Of a stretch of 64,000 bases of DNA, positions 10,323 through 20,022 are shown one piece after another. The notes beneath the pieces were generated by a model, which saw nothing but the letters and a program-made list of their open reading frames with translations, was not told the origin of the DNA and made no database searches. Origin of the DNA: an uncultured archaeon (GTDB lineage Archaea > Asgardarchaeota > Thorarchaeia > Thorarchaeales > Thorarchaeaceae); assembly GCA_964473825.1 (NCBI GenBank), contig CAYYQL010000001.1, positions 224,001-288,000 on the forward strand. The letters are read 5' to 3'. Numbering within the stretch: the stretch's first letter is position 1; each line of letters begins with the position of its first letter. The translations under genes were made by a program, and so were the position numbers.

Positions 10323-13300
10323 CTACTTCTTGCGTTTCGACACCAGGACTCCAAGAATCACCACGACGAGTGCGACACCGCCGAGAAGGACCATCATGTC
10401 GAGATCCAAGCCAGGTCCCGGCTCGCCAGTGGTCGTAGTAGTGGTTGTGGTCGTAGTGATAACGATACCCTGTCCTACGATGTAGGACTGAACTTCTGAT
10501 TCATAGACACCAGCCTCGGTATGCACGACGATCTTGCAGTAGACCTGCGTATCTTCAGCAAAGGGAGGTATGTCACCCGCGAATACTCCAGAAGACTCCT
10601 CCCACATGCTCACAACGGTTGGTGATTCGGTGTCAGTCCAGTAGACCAACTCCACGTCAAATACCTCGACGCTTGAGAGGACTTCTGCGTTGATTCGGAC
10701 TGTGTCTTCACCTGTTGGTGCGGTGGGTGAAATGCTGAAGGTGCCGAACTGCACAGGTTCACCAGGACCACCAAGGGTGCCTCTGTTGGACACGTAGCTC
10801 ACGAATACAGGGTCTTGGAACACACTATATCCACCCCACTCAGGGAACCCAATGGTGACATAGAACATACTTGAGCTGAATGACCAAGTCGTCGCCGACT
10901 TGCCGCTTGAAGACTCAAAGGCTGCTCGGAAAGTTCCAACGGGTGTGGTGTAGCTAACGACATCATAGGGAGCAGTGGTGTTCTTGCCCCAATCGTACGT
11001 CACACCACCCATTATCATCTCCGCGAAACGGGCACCAGCAGTCTCAAACTCGAAACGATCCGAGCTGATTGTTGACTCGCTGTCAGTCATGGTTCCATTC
11101 GCCTTGAAAGCGAAATCAGACATGCGCACATCTGCAAAGTAGTTCAGGGCGAGAGATTTGTTCTCAATATTGCTTCTTCCGCCGAGTCTGTGCACTTGCC
11201 AGTTACCAACATAGTTGTCTACCTTGATCTCAGCATAGTTGTTCATCGTAGTGCCGTTCACATAGCCTTGGAAGTGCACAAGGAACGACAGCTCGTCCAC
11301 AGTTACCTTGGTCGGTCGCTCGTCGAATGTCGTCATGTCGCTTCCCGTCATCATACCATCATACCAGCCCCAGTAACCTCCGAGAGTGAACGGAAAGACA
11401 GTCCCATTGATTCCGGAGAAGGCTACACCCCATGTGACCTCGTCGGTGATACCTAGGTGCATGAAGTCAGACGAATTAGAGTTGCCGTAGGCCTGGCCGG
11501 GGGTGACAAAACTCACTCCATCCACAGAGTCAGGAATCAAGTAGTGAGATAACTCACCCGTTCCCGGATTCGTCAGGTCTACGTCCATCATGTCGTTCTC
11601 GTTCTTGTCTTCCCAGACCATCAGGCCACTGTACTCGTAATGCATTCCGATGTCCAGCCAGTGCTCTACATCATCCTGCATCACAGTAGTGCCGTAGTTC
11701 TGTCCGACACCGAATGAGAGCCACGTCCAGCTCTGCTCGTTGGAGGTGATCCAGTCCCAACCTTGTTCCTCTGCTTCTGCAACGATATCTGCCCATGTGA
11801 CATTCTTGGCCATCCAAGCTATGTCCCAATAGCCAGGCTTGGGATCATCATACTCGGTCAGAAGTGTGTCTCTGACGCTTTGCATGTCTTCCTCGCCCAG
11901 AGATGAGAAGTCTGAGGCATGATACCAATAGAATGTCTGGTTCCATTCATGGCTCCAGGTGAACGTATCAAGGCCCATCCAAGATTCGATGTGCATCTCG
12001 TCACCAAAGAGTGTACCATTGGGGTTCCAGTCAATCCAGACATTCATCCAGTCCCACTCGTGTGTCCAGCTATCAGTGGAGGAGTACTCTTCACGTATGA
12101 AGAACTGGTCATCAGTCGTAGACAGGTCACCGTCGAGGTCGAGGGCACCATTGTCTTGGTTGACAGTCCATCTCTGGACGCCCCACATGCCCCACTTCGG
12201 CACACCGATTACAGCATCGTAGAAGTTCTTGTACACGGTGGATTTGATAGGGGTGGGCCCATAGACAATCTTGTGTCCCCACCTGAGACGCATCTTGTTG
12301 ATGCTCTCATAACTAGCATTGACTACCTTCAATTCACCATCGTACGTGAACTCGTAGTATGGATGGTATTGTCCCCACCGCATGTCCACATAGACATCGC
12401 CACTCATTGTTGCATTGAAGAGCTTGTAGGCACGGAACCTCGTTCCCCAATAGGTGGCGTTGTACTGTTGACCCATGAACTCATAGTAGTCATATCCATC
12501 ATAATAGATCTCAACTCTGTAGGAGGCGATTCTGGGGAGCTCCACGTAGTCATCTACCATGATGATGGTTCCATTGATTAGCTCGTACTCGTGCCAGGAT
12601 TCGTTACCCGATGAGTACCAATACGGCCACTCCTGCATCGAATAGACAGATTGGCCGTAATAGTCGTACTCGAAGACACAGGTCACGTATGTTTCATTGA
12701 CAATCCAGGTGGTCCCATTTGTCAGAGGCAGGTATTCAAAGTCATCATAGCCATCGTAGTGAGCATTGCCATCCCAGCTATCATGGTACGCAAACTTCTC
12801 AATCTCACTGAATGCTAGATTATTGTCATAGGTGCCTATGGAGGCTGTATAGCCAGCCTGATTGGGATCCCAGATACTGGTTCCGTTCGCCGCTGTATGA
12901 GCCCTTGTCGTTATATGAACAGTATACACAGTCCCAGCAATCTTCACCGTCCCGTGAGTCTCATTCAACTCATTGACCGTGTAAGCATTGCCGTTGTAGA
13001 GCAAGGATTTGGCTGTCGGAACGCTACCGCCACCAGACTCCTTAGTGTTGAGGTCCCAGCTACCGTAAGCATTTGCGCCGGGATACGGCATCTCATGTTT
13101 CTTAGCACCATCATCATAGTGCCATGAACGTCGAACGTTCCATGTGGCAAGTATGACGTCACTGCCTTCATACTGTCCCTCGTAATAATACTCAGGCCAA
13201 CTGACATGGTGCCAAGCACCGTCGAGATAGGCCATATATCTGTAGTCTGCGGGGTCATAGACCAGTTCGTAGAGGTTTCCATCCAAGTCAGTCATGTAGT

Positions 13301-16187
13301 AGGTGCTGTCTTTGCTCTCCCACCACCACTCTGAGATGTTCAAGATTCCATTGAGTCCGTACCTGACGTACTTGCGTTCAGTCCTGAACTCAAGATCAAC
13401 CTTGTCGTAGAAACTGGAGTTATCTAGATTCCATTTCTCGTATTCAGAACCGCCCTGATGGATTTGACCATTGATGTCCATCCACCAAGCATAGCTGGTC
13501 CCACCATGGTCCCACCAACGCTCGTACTCCATTGCTGTGATGAATGTATCTCCTGTGGAGGTGGTCACATTATAGAGGTTGATTGCTTCGGTATATGTCA
13601 CAAGAATCTCAGTTGTGTTCTTGAGTATGTACTTGTAGTAGTCTTTCCCTGTTGCGGGATCCCAGTGATCATAGAAGAACATCTCCTCCCAAGTATATCC
13701 GCTCCAGGGGTCGTAGTTCTCAATGACCTTAATTGGTTCCTTCACCCCATCAATGATGATGTAGGGAGATTCGGTACCAAGCTGGGTCTCACCTGTCGGA
13801 ATGCCGTCCACGAACTCGAATGCAAGTTGAGCATGATCAACAGGCTCAACATAGACTTTCTGATCATCATGCATGAAGCTATAGACCCATTCACGGTTCC
13901 AAGTCATGATTTCGTGCTGACCGTATTCGCTGGAATAGTCCGTATACCAGGTGTTATTCAAGAATGCGAAGTCCCACCAGTAGTTGGTGTCGGGAACACT
14001 CTGACTCATATTGACAAGGAATGTCACGAAGAGGTCTCCCTCCGATGTCCATTTGGTGTAGTTGGAGGTCATACAGAAGATATCGTCGACTCTTGTTTCT
14101 GCGCTACGGCGGTTGACCCAATTCTTCTGCCATTTGCCTTCCTTCTGGTTGTAGTACCACCACTGCCAGTGCCAGTCCTCAACCTCCATCCAATCCCATT
14201 CCCAGTATTCTCCGTATTGCCACTCCCACATGTTTGTGTCTTCATCGTAGACGTAGTGCCAACCTGTCATATTGGTATACACCCAGTCCCAGTATGTGCC
14301 GTAGGTATAGTTGTACTTCTGGGTATGGTTGAACGCCCTGTGAGTAGCAATCCCCGATGAGTCAAACTGGATGACATAGATGAGCTCTGACCATCGAGAC
14401 TCGTCTTCGCTCCAGTGGCCGTCATAGGCATTAAGTTCAAACATGACTCCGTCGATATCAGAAGCAACATCGCTGCCGCCCTGAAGACGTCCACGGACCA
14501 TGAAGTTCTCACCTTTGTCTACGTGGAACATCCATCCATTTGGTTCGCTGCCATCTTCCAGAAGAAGCTTAGCGATTGTCACGGGAATCTCGATTGCAAT
14601 CTGCTTGGCCATCTCGTATTCGGTCTGCGTCTGACGTGGATTATCACCCCAAACTGCGGGGGAATACCACATATTCTCTGCGCCCATCACGGTATCTCTG
14701 AAACGGAAATCGCTATACTGATTGCTCGTCGGCATCTTCTCTGTGAAGTGACCCACGAAGTCAACAACAAAGTCCTTCCCTAGTGGCCGTGCAACACATT
14801 CGCTTGCATTCAGCTCATATAAGATGGGCAGTTCAGGAGGAATTGGTTCAAAGACCATTATCTCTTCATTCCAGTCCTCGTAGTTAAGCTCGTCGTGAGG
14901 CCAGCCCCAGTAGGTGTAACCAAATTTCGTTTCGAAACCAGTTGACACATTATAGATGAAGTACAGCTGTTTCTGAACCCATTGGGTTTCGTTCTCAAGC
15001 CATCGATCCCAGGTATCGGTCGTTTCATTCCATTGCTCACGCATGACTGTCACGTTGACCTCCATGTAGTTACCGAGATCGCTCCATCGTCGCTCCTGAT
15101 ATGGCCCGTAGACCTCTTCGAAATAGGTCACCTCCTTGCTGGCGTTCCACTCATAGGTGTCCTGGTCCGCGTTGTATTCCCAAGCACCTGTGGTCGTTCT
15201 CTCAGCGGTGTGCCATCCTGTGACATTCACCAGTTTATCGATGCCACCGGGCATGATGAAAGTCAAGATTATGTATTCGAAAACATCGTCGCTCACGTTG
15301 AAACGCATGATGAAGTCCTCTTCGCGACTGATCGAATAGAGAACATCACCTGCCATGTCGATCTTCTGAAGTGTGTAGCTTCCCCCATAGCTGAAGCTCC
15401 ATGCTTCATCTGGTGGGATTCCTACAGCAATTCCCTGGAACTCCCACCCGGAGCCGAAGTTGTAGGACCCAATCCAGTTGTAGTCTGTGTCTTGGACCTC
15501 CATGTGGAGTTCGTAGAGACCCAACGGAGCGTGTTCATTGTACTTTACAGCGAAGCTCACATAATGATGTGTTGAATCGCTGTGGTTGGAACACTCCTCC
15601 ACTACCAGGTCCATGAACCCAGGTAACGGCGTTCCGCCCTCATCAGACTCGTTCCACTGGCTACTCCAGCCGTACCACGGTTCAGAGGCGTATGGTCCGG
15701 CATCGAAACCGAAGTTGAAGTTCGCCGAGAAGTTCCAGTCAGAGGACAGATACCAGCCGTTGAACGAAACTCTGCCGAGTGACGCTCCGCCAGTAAAGAT
15801 GCTCTTGGGAACGGTTACTTCGAAGATGATTGTTTCATCAATTTCAGCGTAGCTATCAGCTGTCAGAAGTGATCCATTCTCGTGATATATCTTGAAACTC
15901 GGGCTAGGCCCAAATAGCCAATTAGTATGTTCCCAGGTCCACTCATCACTAGTGCTGTTCGAATTCTGATCCCAGCCTACAAAAGTCCCATTATCTGGAT
16001 AATCCTGGGATACTTCATGGGGAAGATGTGACCATGGATCTTCGCTCGAAGCAGATGGTCGTGATGTGGCAATGGTTGCCAGAGGACTGCGCACAGCAGC
16101 CGACGTACCTGCATAGACCATGGAAATCATGAAAACAATAACAGCCACTAGAGAAAGAGCTTGCTTTTTCGTACTCCGTGATTGCAT
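10323..16187 (-). CDS. Giant secreted, membrane-anchored cell-surface glycoprotein (1954 aa)
   Basis: N-terminal signal peptide; W/Y/D/E-rich beta-like body with many NxS/T sequons; poly-Thr linker, C-terminal TM helix and SKRKK tail. Confidence 0.88.
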   Translation of the reverse strand: MQSRSTKKQALSLVAVIVFMISMVYAGTSAAVRSPLATIATSRPSASSEDPWSHLPHEVSQDYPDNGTFVGWDQNSNSTSDEWTWEHTNWLFGPSPSFKIYHENGSLLTADSYAEIDETIIFEVTVPKSIFTGGASLGRVSFNGWYLSSDWNFSANFNFGFDAGPYASEPWYGWSSQWNESDEGGTPLPGFMDLVVEECSNHSDSTHHYVSFAVKYNEHAPLGLYELHMEVQDTDYNWIGSYNFGSGWEFQGIAVGIPPDEAWSFSYGGSYTLQKIDMAGDVLYSISREEDFIMRFNVSDDVFEYIILTFIMPGGIDKLVNVTGWHTAERTTTGAWEYNADQDTYEWNASKEVTYFEEVYGPYQERRWSDLGNYMEVNVTVMREQWNETTDTWDRWLENETQWVQKQLYFIYNVSTGFETKFGYTYWGWPHDELNYEDWNEEIMVFEPIPPELPILYELNASECVARPLGKDFVVDFVGHFTEKMPTSNQYSDFRFRDTVMGAENMWYSPAVWGDNPRQTQTEYEMAKQIAIEIPVTIAKLLLEDGSEPNGWMFHVDKGENFMVRGRLQGGSDVASDIDGVMFELNAYDGHWSEDESRWSELIYVIQFDSSGIATHRAFNHTQKYNYTYGTYWDWVYTNMTGWHYVYDEDTNMWEWQYGEYWEWDWMEVEDWHWQWWYYNQKEGKWQKNWVNRRSAETRVDDIFCMTSNYTKWTSEGDLFVTFLVNMSQSVPDTNYWWDFAFLNNTWYTDYSSEYGQHEIMTWNREWVYSFMHDDQKVYVEPVDHAQLAFEFVDGIPTGETQLGTESPYIIIDGVKEPIKVIENYDPWSGYTWEEMFFYDHWDPATGKDYYKYILKNTTEILVTYTEAINLYNVTTSTGDTFITAMEYERWWDHGGTSYAWWMDINGQIHQGGSEYEKWNLDNSSFYDKVDLEFRTERKYVRYGLNGILNISEWWWESKDSTYYMTDLDGNLYELVYDPADYRYMAYLDGAWHHVSWPEYYYEGQYEGSDVILATWNVRRSWHYDDGAKKHEMPYPGANAYGSWDLNTKESGGGSVPTAKSLLYNGNAYTVNELNETHGTVKIAGTVYTVHITTRAHTAANGTSIWDPNQAGYTASIGTYDNNLAFSEIEKFAYHDSWDGNAHYDGYDDFEYLPLTNGTTWIVNETYVTCVFEYDYYGQSVYSMQEWPYWYSSGNESWHEYELINGTIIMVDDYVELPRIASYRVEIYYDGYDYYEFMGQQYNATYWGTRFRAYKLFNATMSGDVYVDMRWGQYHPYYEFTYDGELKVVNASYESINKMRLRWGHKIVYGPTPIKSTVYKNFYDAVIGVPKWGMWGVQRWTVNQDNGALDLDGDLSTTDDQFFIREEYSSTDSWTHEWDWMNVWIDWNPNGTLFGDEMHIESWMGLDTFTWSHEWNQTFYWYHASDFSSLGEEDMQSVRDTLLTEYDDPKPGYWDIAWMAKNVTWADIVAEAEEQGWDWITSNEQSWTWLSFGVGQNYGTTVMQDDVEHWLDIGMHYEYSGLMVWEDKNENDMMDVDLTNPGTGELSHYLIPDSVDGVSFVTPGQAYGNSNSSDFMHLGITDEVTWGVAFSGINGTVFPFTLGGYWGWYDGMMTGSDMTTFDERPTKVTVDELSFLVHFQGYVNGTTMNNYAEIKVDNYVGNWQVHRLGGRSNIENKSLALNYFADVRMSDFAFKANGTMTDSESTISSDRFEFETAGARFAEMIMGGVTYDWGKNTTAPYDVVSYTTPVGTFRAAFESSSGKSATTWSFSSSMFYVTIGFPEWGGYSVFQDPVFVSYVSNRGTLGGPGEPVQFGTFSISPTAPTGEDTVRINAEVLSSVEVFDVELVYWTDTESPTVVSMWEESSGVFAGDIPPFAEDTQVYCKIVVHTEAGVYESEVQSYIVGQGIVITTTTTTTTTTGEPGPGLDLDMMVLLGGVALVVVILGVLVSKRKK

Positions 16188-16469
16188 GACTCTCGATTCT
16201 CCTAGCGCGTTCTAGTTCCCTTGCTTCAAGTCAAAGTCAGTTCAATGGTGGCTTTGAACTTATAGAGTAACTAGCAACAGCGCGCCTGATTATCTTACAG
16301 GAAAAATAGAAGCTATGAGATAATATAAGCAAAACTCCGACATACTACGGCATCTCGTGCTTCTCTAATTATCTCCTTGCTTCCGAACTGTCACAGTCTA
16401 ACCTCCAAGTCGAACGGCCGTCCAGTAACAGGCTGAGGACGACATGCCTACTATCAGAAACCAGAGAAA

Positions 16470-16494
16470 CCCTCCAACAACAAGAGTTGGAGGG
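16470..16494 (-). terminator. Hairpin terminator
   Basis: CCCTCCAAC-N7-GTTGGAGGG just downstream of the 16514 stop, with a pyrimidine tract following on the minus strand. Confidence 0.55.
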
Positions 16495-16513
16495 ATCAGA
16501 GTAGGCTAGTATT

Positions 16514-19231
16514 CTATCTGAACAACAGACCAACCAACCATGAAACATTGGTCTCGATGAGAGCGGAGACCAAGAGGAAGAACACCACAAGAGCAAATGT
16601 CCGCCAGAGGCGACCACTGCTCAGTAGTTCCTTTGTTTTCTGAGGAATCATGGCCCAGTTCTCGTTTTTGATTGTAGGTGCTAAGTCTCTACCTATCCGA
16701 ATCGAGGCTGCGGCCGCGAAAAGAAACGCAGGAATCTCTACAATTGCGTGGGGTAGTATCCTGGCAACGAAGTTAACTGGGTTGGCGAAGAGCATATGGA
16801 GTGTAAACTCCCCACCGAGCCAGAGTGCTGTTGATAGTACCTCCGCTATTGCCAGAGATATCAGACTGAACCGTATGTAGGTGATGAGAACATCCTCCGT
16901 TCTGGCCTCTTCTTTTCCGTAGAATATGCCCTTGTAAAGGGCAGCAAGAATCATCGGCATCACTATGATGGCAATCAACGTGAATTGGTCATCGTAGACG
17001 AAGTACTCGATTGCGATGAGCAGGAGAAGTGGTGGGAACCACCATGCACCCGTACCTCTCCCCATTGCATTCCTGATAATCAGGACTATCGAATAGACAA
17101 CAAAGATTGCCCCAAGTACAATTGCGGCGCGAAGACCAAGATGAGCAGCATAGGTGAATGGCCAATTAGCATCATTAACAGTATAGCTAGGCACAAAGAC
17201 TCTGGTCATGTAATCGTGGTAGGTCCAGACTACAGCAATGGCGGACCCCAGGACGGTCATGACGAGAGCACTGAGTGCCACGTTCTCCTCCGACTTCGGC
17301 TTTTCAACCGCAACCAGCCAAAGCACGAGTGCCCAGAAGATAGGACCAACTACAAGCATCAAGAGAGTTCGGATGATGTTGTGTTCCGCAAGAATCATGA
17401 AATAACTGACGTTGTCTGCAAGCACCAGCTCCAGCCCGTCCGGGTTCCCTATCTCATTAATCAGGCCAGTAATGAGGTCACCCAGCAGAAAAGGATTCAG
17501 GAAGAGTGAGGACAGAAAGGCTATTCCTGCCGCTGCTGCAACTCCTCCAAGGAACATTCCAACCGCTTGTTTTGCATCAGGGAGTTCGACATTGAGAAGT
17601 GGTCCTCCAATATCTCCGGTTTCCTTGCTCCATCGTTTCCTGTATTCAAAGTAGTATAGAACAAACAGTGAAACCGATATGTAGATAGGAACATTGACCA
17701 CAAACTGGAAGGCAAGACGGAAGAGATACTCCTGTGGAGATGTTCCGGGAATCACCAATACCGGACGGAATCTGGAGAAGGTGCTACTGCCTATTTGCAC
17801 TTCGTTTGTGAGACCACCAACAATGTAGTCGACTCCGGGCATCGCAAAGTACGTGCTTACGGAAACAACCAAACCCGAGATGAATGCAAAGGCCTCCATG
17901 CCTCCTCCAATGCGATCACGAACGTAGTGCCCTATGACTCCATTCAAAAGCATCATCCCCAGAGGAAGGCCGAACATCAGAAGAACCCAGAATCCTGGAA
18001 GCAAGGTCTGAGCATTATCGGCGGGCGTGAAGAGCAAGTCAGCAACAGAAGTATCGATGGTTCCGGGCAGTACCCTGAAACCCCGCCCCAACCAGAAAGC
18101 AGTATGCAGAGTCACACCCATAATTGCTCCAAGAAATGCGGCAGAAATCACACCTCCTGTTCCAAGAGCACCTGCAAAGTTGGCAAGAGCCTTCTTCCAA
18201 CCGATCCCTGCCACATTCTCTCGGAAGTCGTTCAAGCGATCGAATACCCTCTTATAGAGAACCACAGCGAATCTCTCTGCAAGAGGGAGGACTATGATGG
18301 CGAATAGAATAGCTGGGGCTGCTGAGAAGACTCCCTCTACATAGTAGGCTCCCAGATACTCAAGTGTGTCTGTCCGAATTGCCCTCCAAACGTCAGAGGC
18401 AAGAGAATAGAGAGTAAGCAGGATGTTGAGCCTGAAGAACCAGCCGAGTACACCCCGCATCATCTCTGAACCGATATCACGGTCTCCGAGCTTCAGACCT
18501 GCCCCCTTGGCAATTCTGTTAGAAGCAGGATACGCAAATCGATAGATCCACGTCAAGAAGATAAGTACTCCCAATATGTATGCATTTGGCGGAGTGTATG
18601 CTGGAGAACCCGTAACTCTAAGAACGTAGTCCCCGAGCGAGCCAACATACAGGGGGATGGATGGGAGGAGTGTAGCCAGACCAACTATCAAGTAATCCTT
18701 CCACGCCTCACTCCATGCGCGGGACTGAACCTCCGGGTCCAGTGGCTGGGGATCGACCCCCTCAAATGAGAGATGATCAAGCCTATCGCGGAATCCAGAA
18801 TATCCGTCGGTCTCCGGAGGACTCCCTGTGATACGCTTGATGATGTTCTTGAACTTCATCTTGAGCGGGTCTTGGAGCGCCATCTTGAGTGCTAACACAA
18901 GCATACCGAAGAAGACCGCTATGAATGACAGCATGACCCACGTCAGTATCTCCTGTAATGCATACGAGAACTGGAAGAGGAAATCTGTGAGCAATAGCCA
19001 GTAGAATGTATTTGAGGTCACCGCTGGGTCAAACCCTTGGTCGACCGATGGATACGGCGGATTGTACCAGATACCGTAGAGAAAGAATGTCACCGTCTTT
19101 ATGAACATCAGCGCGATGAATGCTTCCACGAATCTGTTTCTCTTCCCTCTGAATACCAGAAGATAGGTAAGCGCCACAACAAGCGGAGGGATAAATTCAA
19201 GCATGATAGTTACGGGGTTTAGAACTGACAT
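16514..19231 (-). CDS. Large polytopic membrane protein with C-terminal SpoIIM (DUF95)-like domain
   Basis: About 20 hydrophobic segments; C-terminal ILPHAIVEIPAF...LLVSALIET signature. Confidence 0.78.
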   Translation of the reverse strand: MSVLNPVTIMLEFIPPLVVALTYLLVFRGKRNRFVEAFIALMFIKTVTFFLYGIWYNPPYPSVDQGFDPAVTSNTFYWLLLTDFLFQFSYALQEILTWVMLSFIAVFFGMLVLALKMALQDPLKMKFKNIIKRITGSPPETDGYSGFRDRLDHLSFEGVDPQPLDPEVQSRAWSEAWKDYLIVGLATLLPSIPLYVGSLGDYVLRVTGSPAYTPPNAYILGVLIFLTWIYRFAYPASNRIAKGAGLKLGDRDIGSEMMRGVLGWFFRLNILLTLYSLASDVWRAIRTDTLEYLGAYYVEGVFSAAPAILFAIIVLPLAERFAVVLYKRVFDRLNDFRENVAGIGWKKALANFAGALGTGGVISAAFLGAIMGVTLHTAFWLGRGFRVLPGTIDTSVADLLFTPADNAQTLLPGFWVLLMFGLPLGMMLLNGVIGHYVRDRIGGGMEAFAFISGLVVSVSTYFAMPGVDYIVGGLTNEVQIGSSTFSRFRPVLVIPGTSPQEYLFRLAFQFVVNVPIYISVSLFVLYYFEYRKRWSKETGDIGGPLLNVELPDAKQAVGMFLGGVAAAAGIAFLSSLFLNPFLLGDLITGLINEIGNPDGLELVLADNVSYFMILAEHNIIRTLLMLVVGPIFWALVLWLVAVEKPKSEENVALSALVMTVLGSAIAVVWTYHDYMTRVFVPSYTVNDANWPFTYAAHLGLRAAIVLGAIFVVYSIVLIIRNAMGRGTGAWWFPPLLLLIAIEYFVYDDQFTLIAIIVMPMILAALYKGIFYGKEEARTEDVLITYIRFSLISLAIAEVLSTALWLGGEFTLHMLFANPVNFVARILPHAIVEIPAFLFAAAASIRIGRDLAPTIKNENWAMIPQKTKELLSSGRLWRTFALVVFFLLVSALIETNVSWLVGLLFR

Positions 19232-19391
19232 GGGCTGGCACGTCCTACTTTCTTACGGTTAAGCCGTTTCGTGGGTAAAAAAGGTTCGTTGGACAGACCG
19301 AGAAGCCAAAAATCGGCGTGCGACCGAAAGCTATAATAAACAATAGTTAAAGACTCAAGCCTACGAGATAAAAGACTTAGAGGACAAAACA

Positions 19392-19886
19392 ATGGAGATT
19401 AGCAAGAACATACAAGATGCGATAAATGATCAGATCAACTTCGAGCTATACAGTGGGTACATCTACCTGTCAATGGCGACCTGGCTGGAAGAACAGAATC
19501 TAGCAGGGATGGCCAAATGGATGGCGATGCAAGCTGAAGAAGAATACGAGCATGCAATGAGGTTCTACAAGTTTGTGTTTGATAGAGGCGGAAGGGTGAC
19601 AATGAAACCCATTGAAGGGCCACAGACCGAATGGGAGTCCCCTCTTGCGGCATTCGAAGACGCCTACGAACACGAGAAGAAGGTTTCAAAACTGATCTAC
19701 GACATCGGCGAGATGGCTGAGAAAGAGGGTGACAAGGCAACCCAGTCCTTCCTAAAATGGTTCTATGATGAGCAAGTAGAGGAAGAAGAGCAGACAGCAA
19801 GAATCAGGGACCTGCTCAAGAAGATTGGTGACTCTGTACCTGCGCTGTTCCAGCTCGATGCAAAGCTTGGTGCTCGCGAGGACTGA
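19392..19886 (+). CDS. ftnA: Non-haem ferritin
   Basis: NDQINFELYSGYIYLSMA, QAEEEYEHA, HEKKVS, FLKWFYDEQVEEE (ferroxidase ligands). Confidence 0.95.
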   Translation: MEISKNIQDAINDQINFELYSGYIYLSMATWLEEQNLAGMAKWMAMQAEEEYEHAMRFYKFVFDRGGRVTMKPIEGPQTEWESPLAAFEDAYEHEKKVSKLIYDIGEMAEKEGDKATQSFLKWFYDEQVEEEEQTARIRDLLKKIGDSVPALFQLDAKLGARED

Positions 19887-20022
19887 AAGACAATCCAAGA
19901 TACGTACCAAGAAGGGGCCGACTGCCAGATTCTGGTCTGATCGGTCCTCATTACTCTTTTTCACACTAGTAGAATACTACTTTAATAGCTGTAATTCCGT
20001 TGCAACTTGGTGGTCGGACTCG

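Noticed and set aside
10427-10460. ACN trinucleotide-like repeat
   Set aside because: It encodes the poly-Thr linker with mixed codons and is not a DNA-level repeat.
11190-15616. Long plus-strand ORFs (e.g. 13458-14360, 11919-12581) inside the giant gene
   Set aside because: Antisense shadows of a codon-biased gene, with V/P/H-rich non-protein-like composition.
19825-20022. 66-aa N-terminal extension of the M28 peptidase overlapping ferritin
   Set aside because: It runs through the ferritin 3' end, its terminator-like hairpin and a TATA-like region. Family similarity begins at Met 20023.
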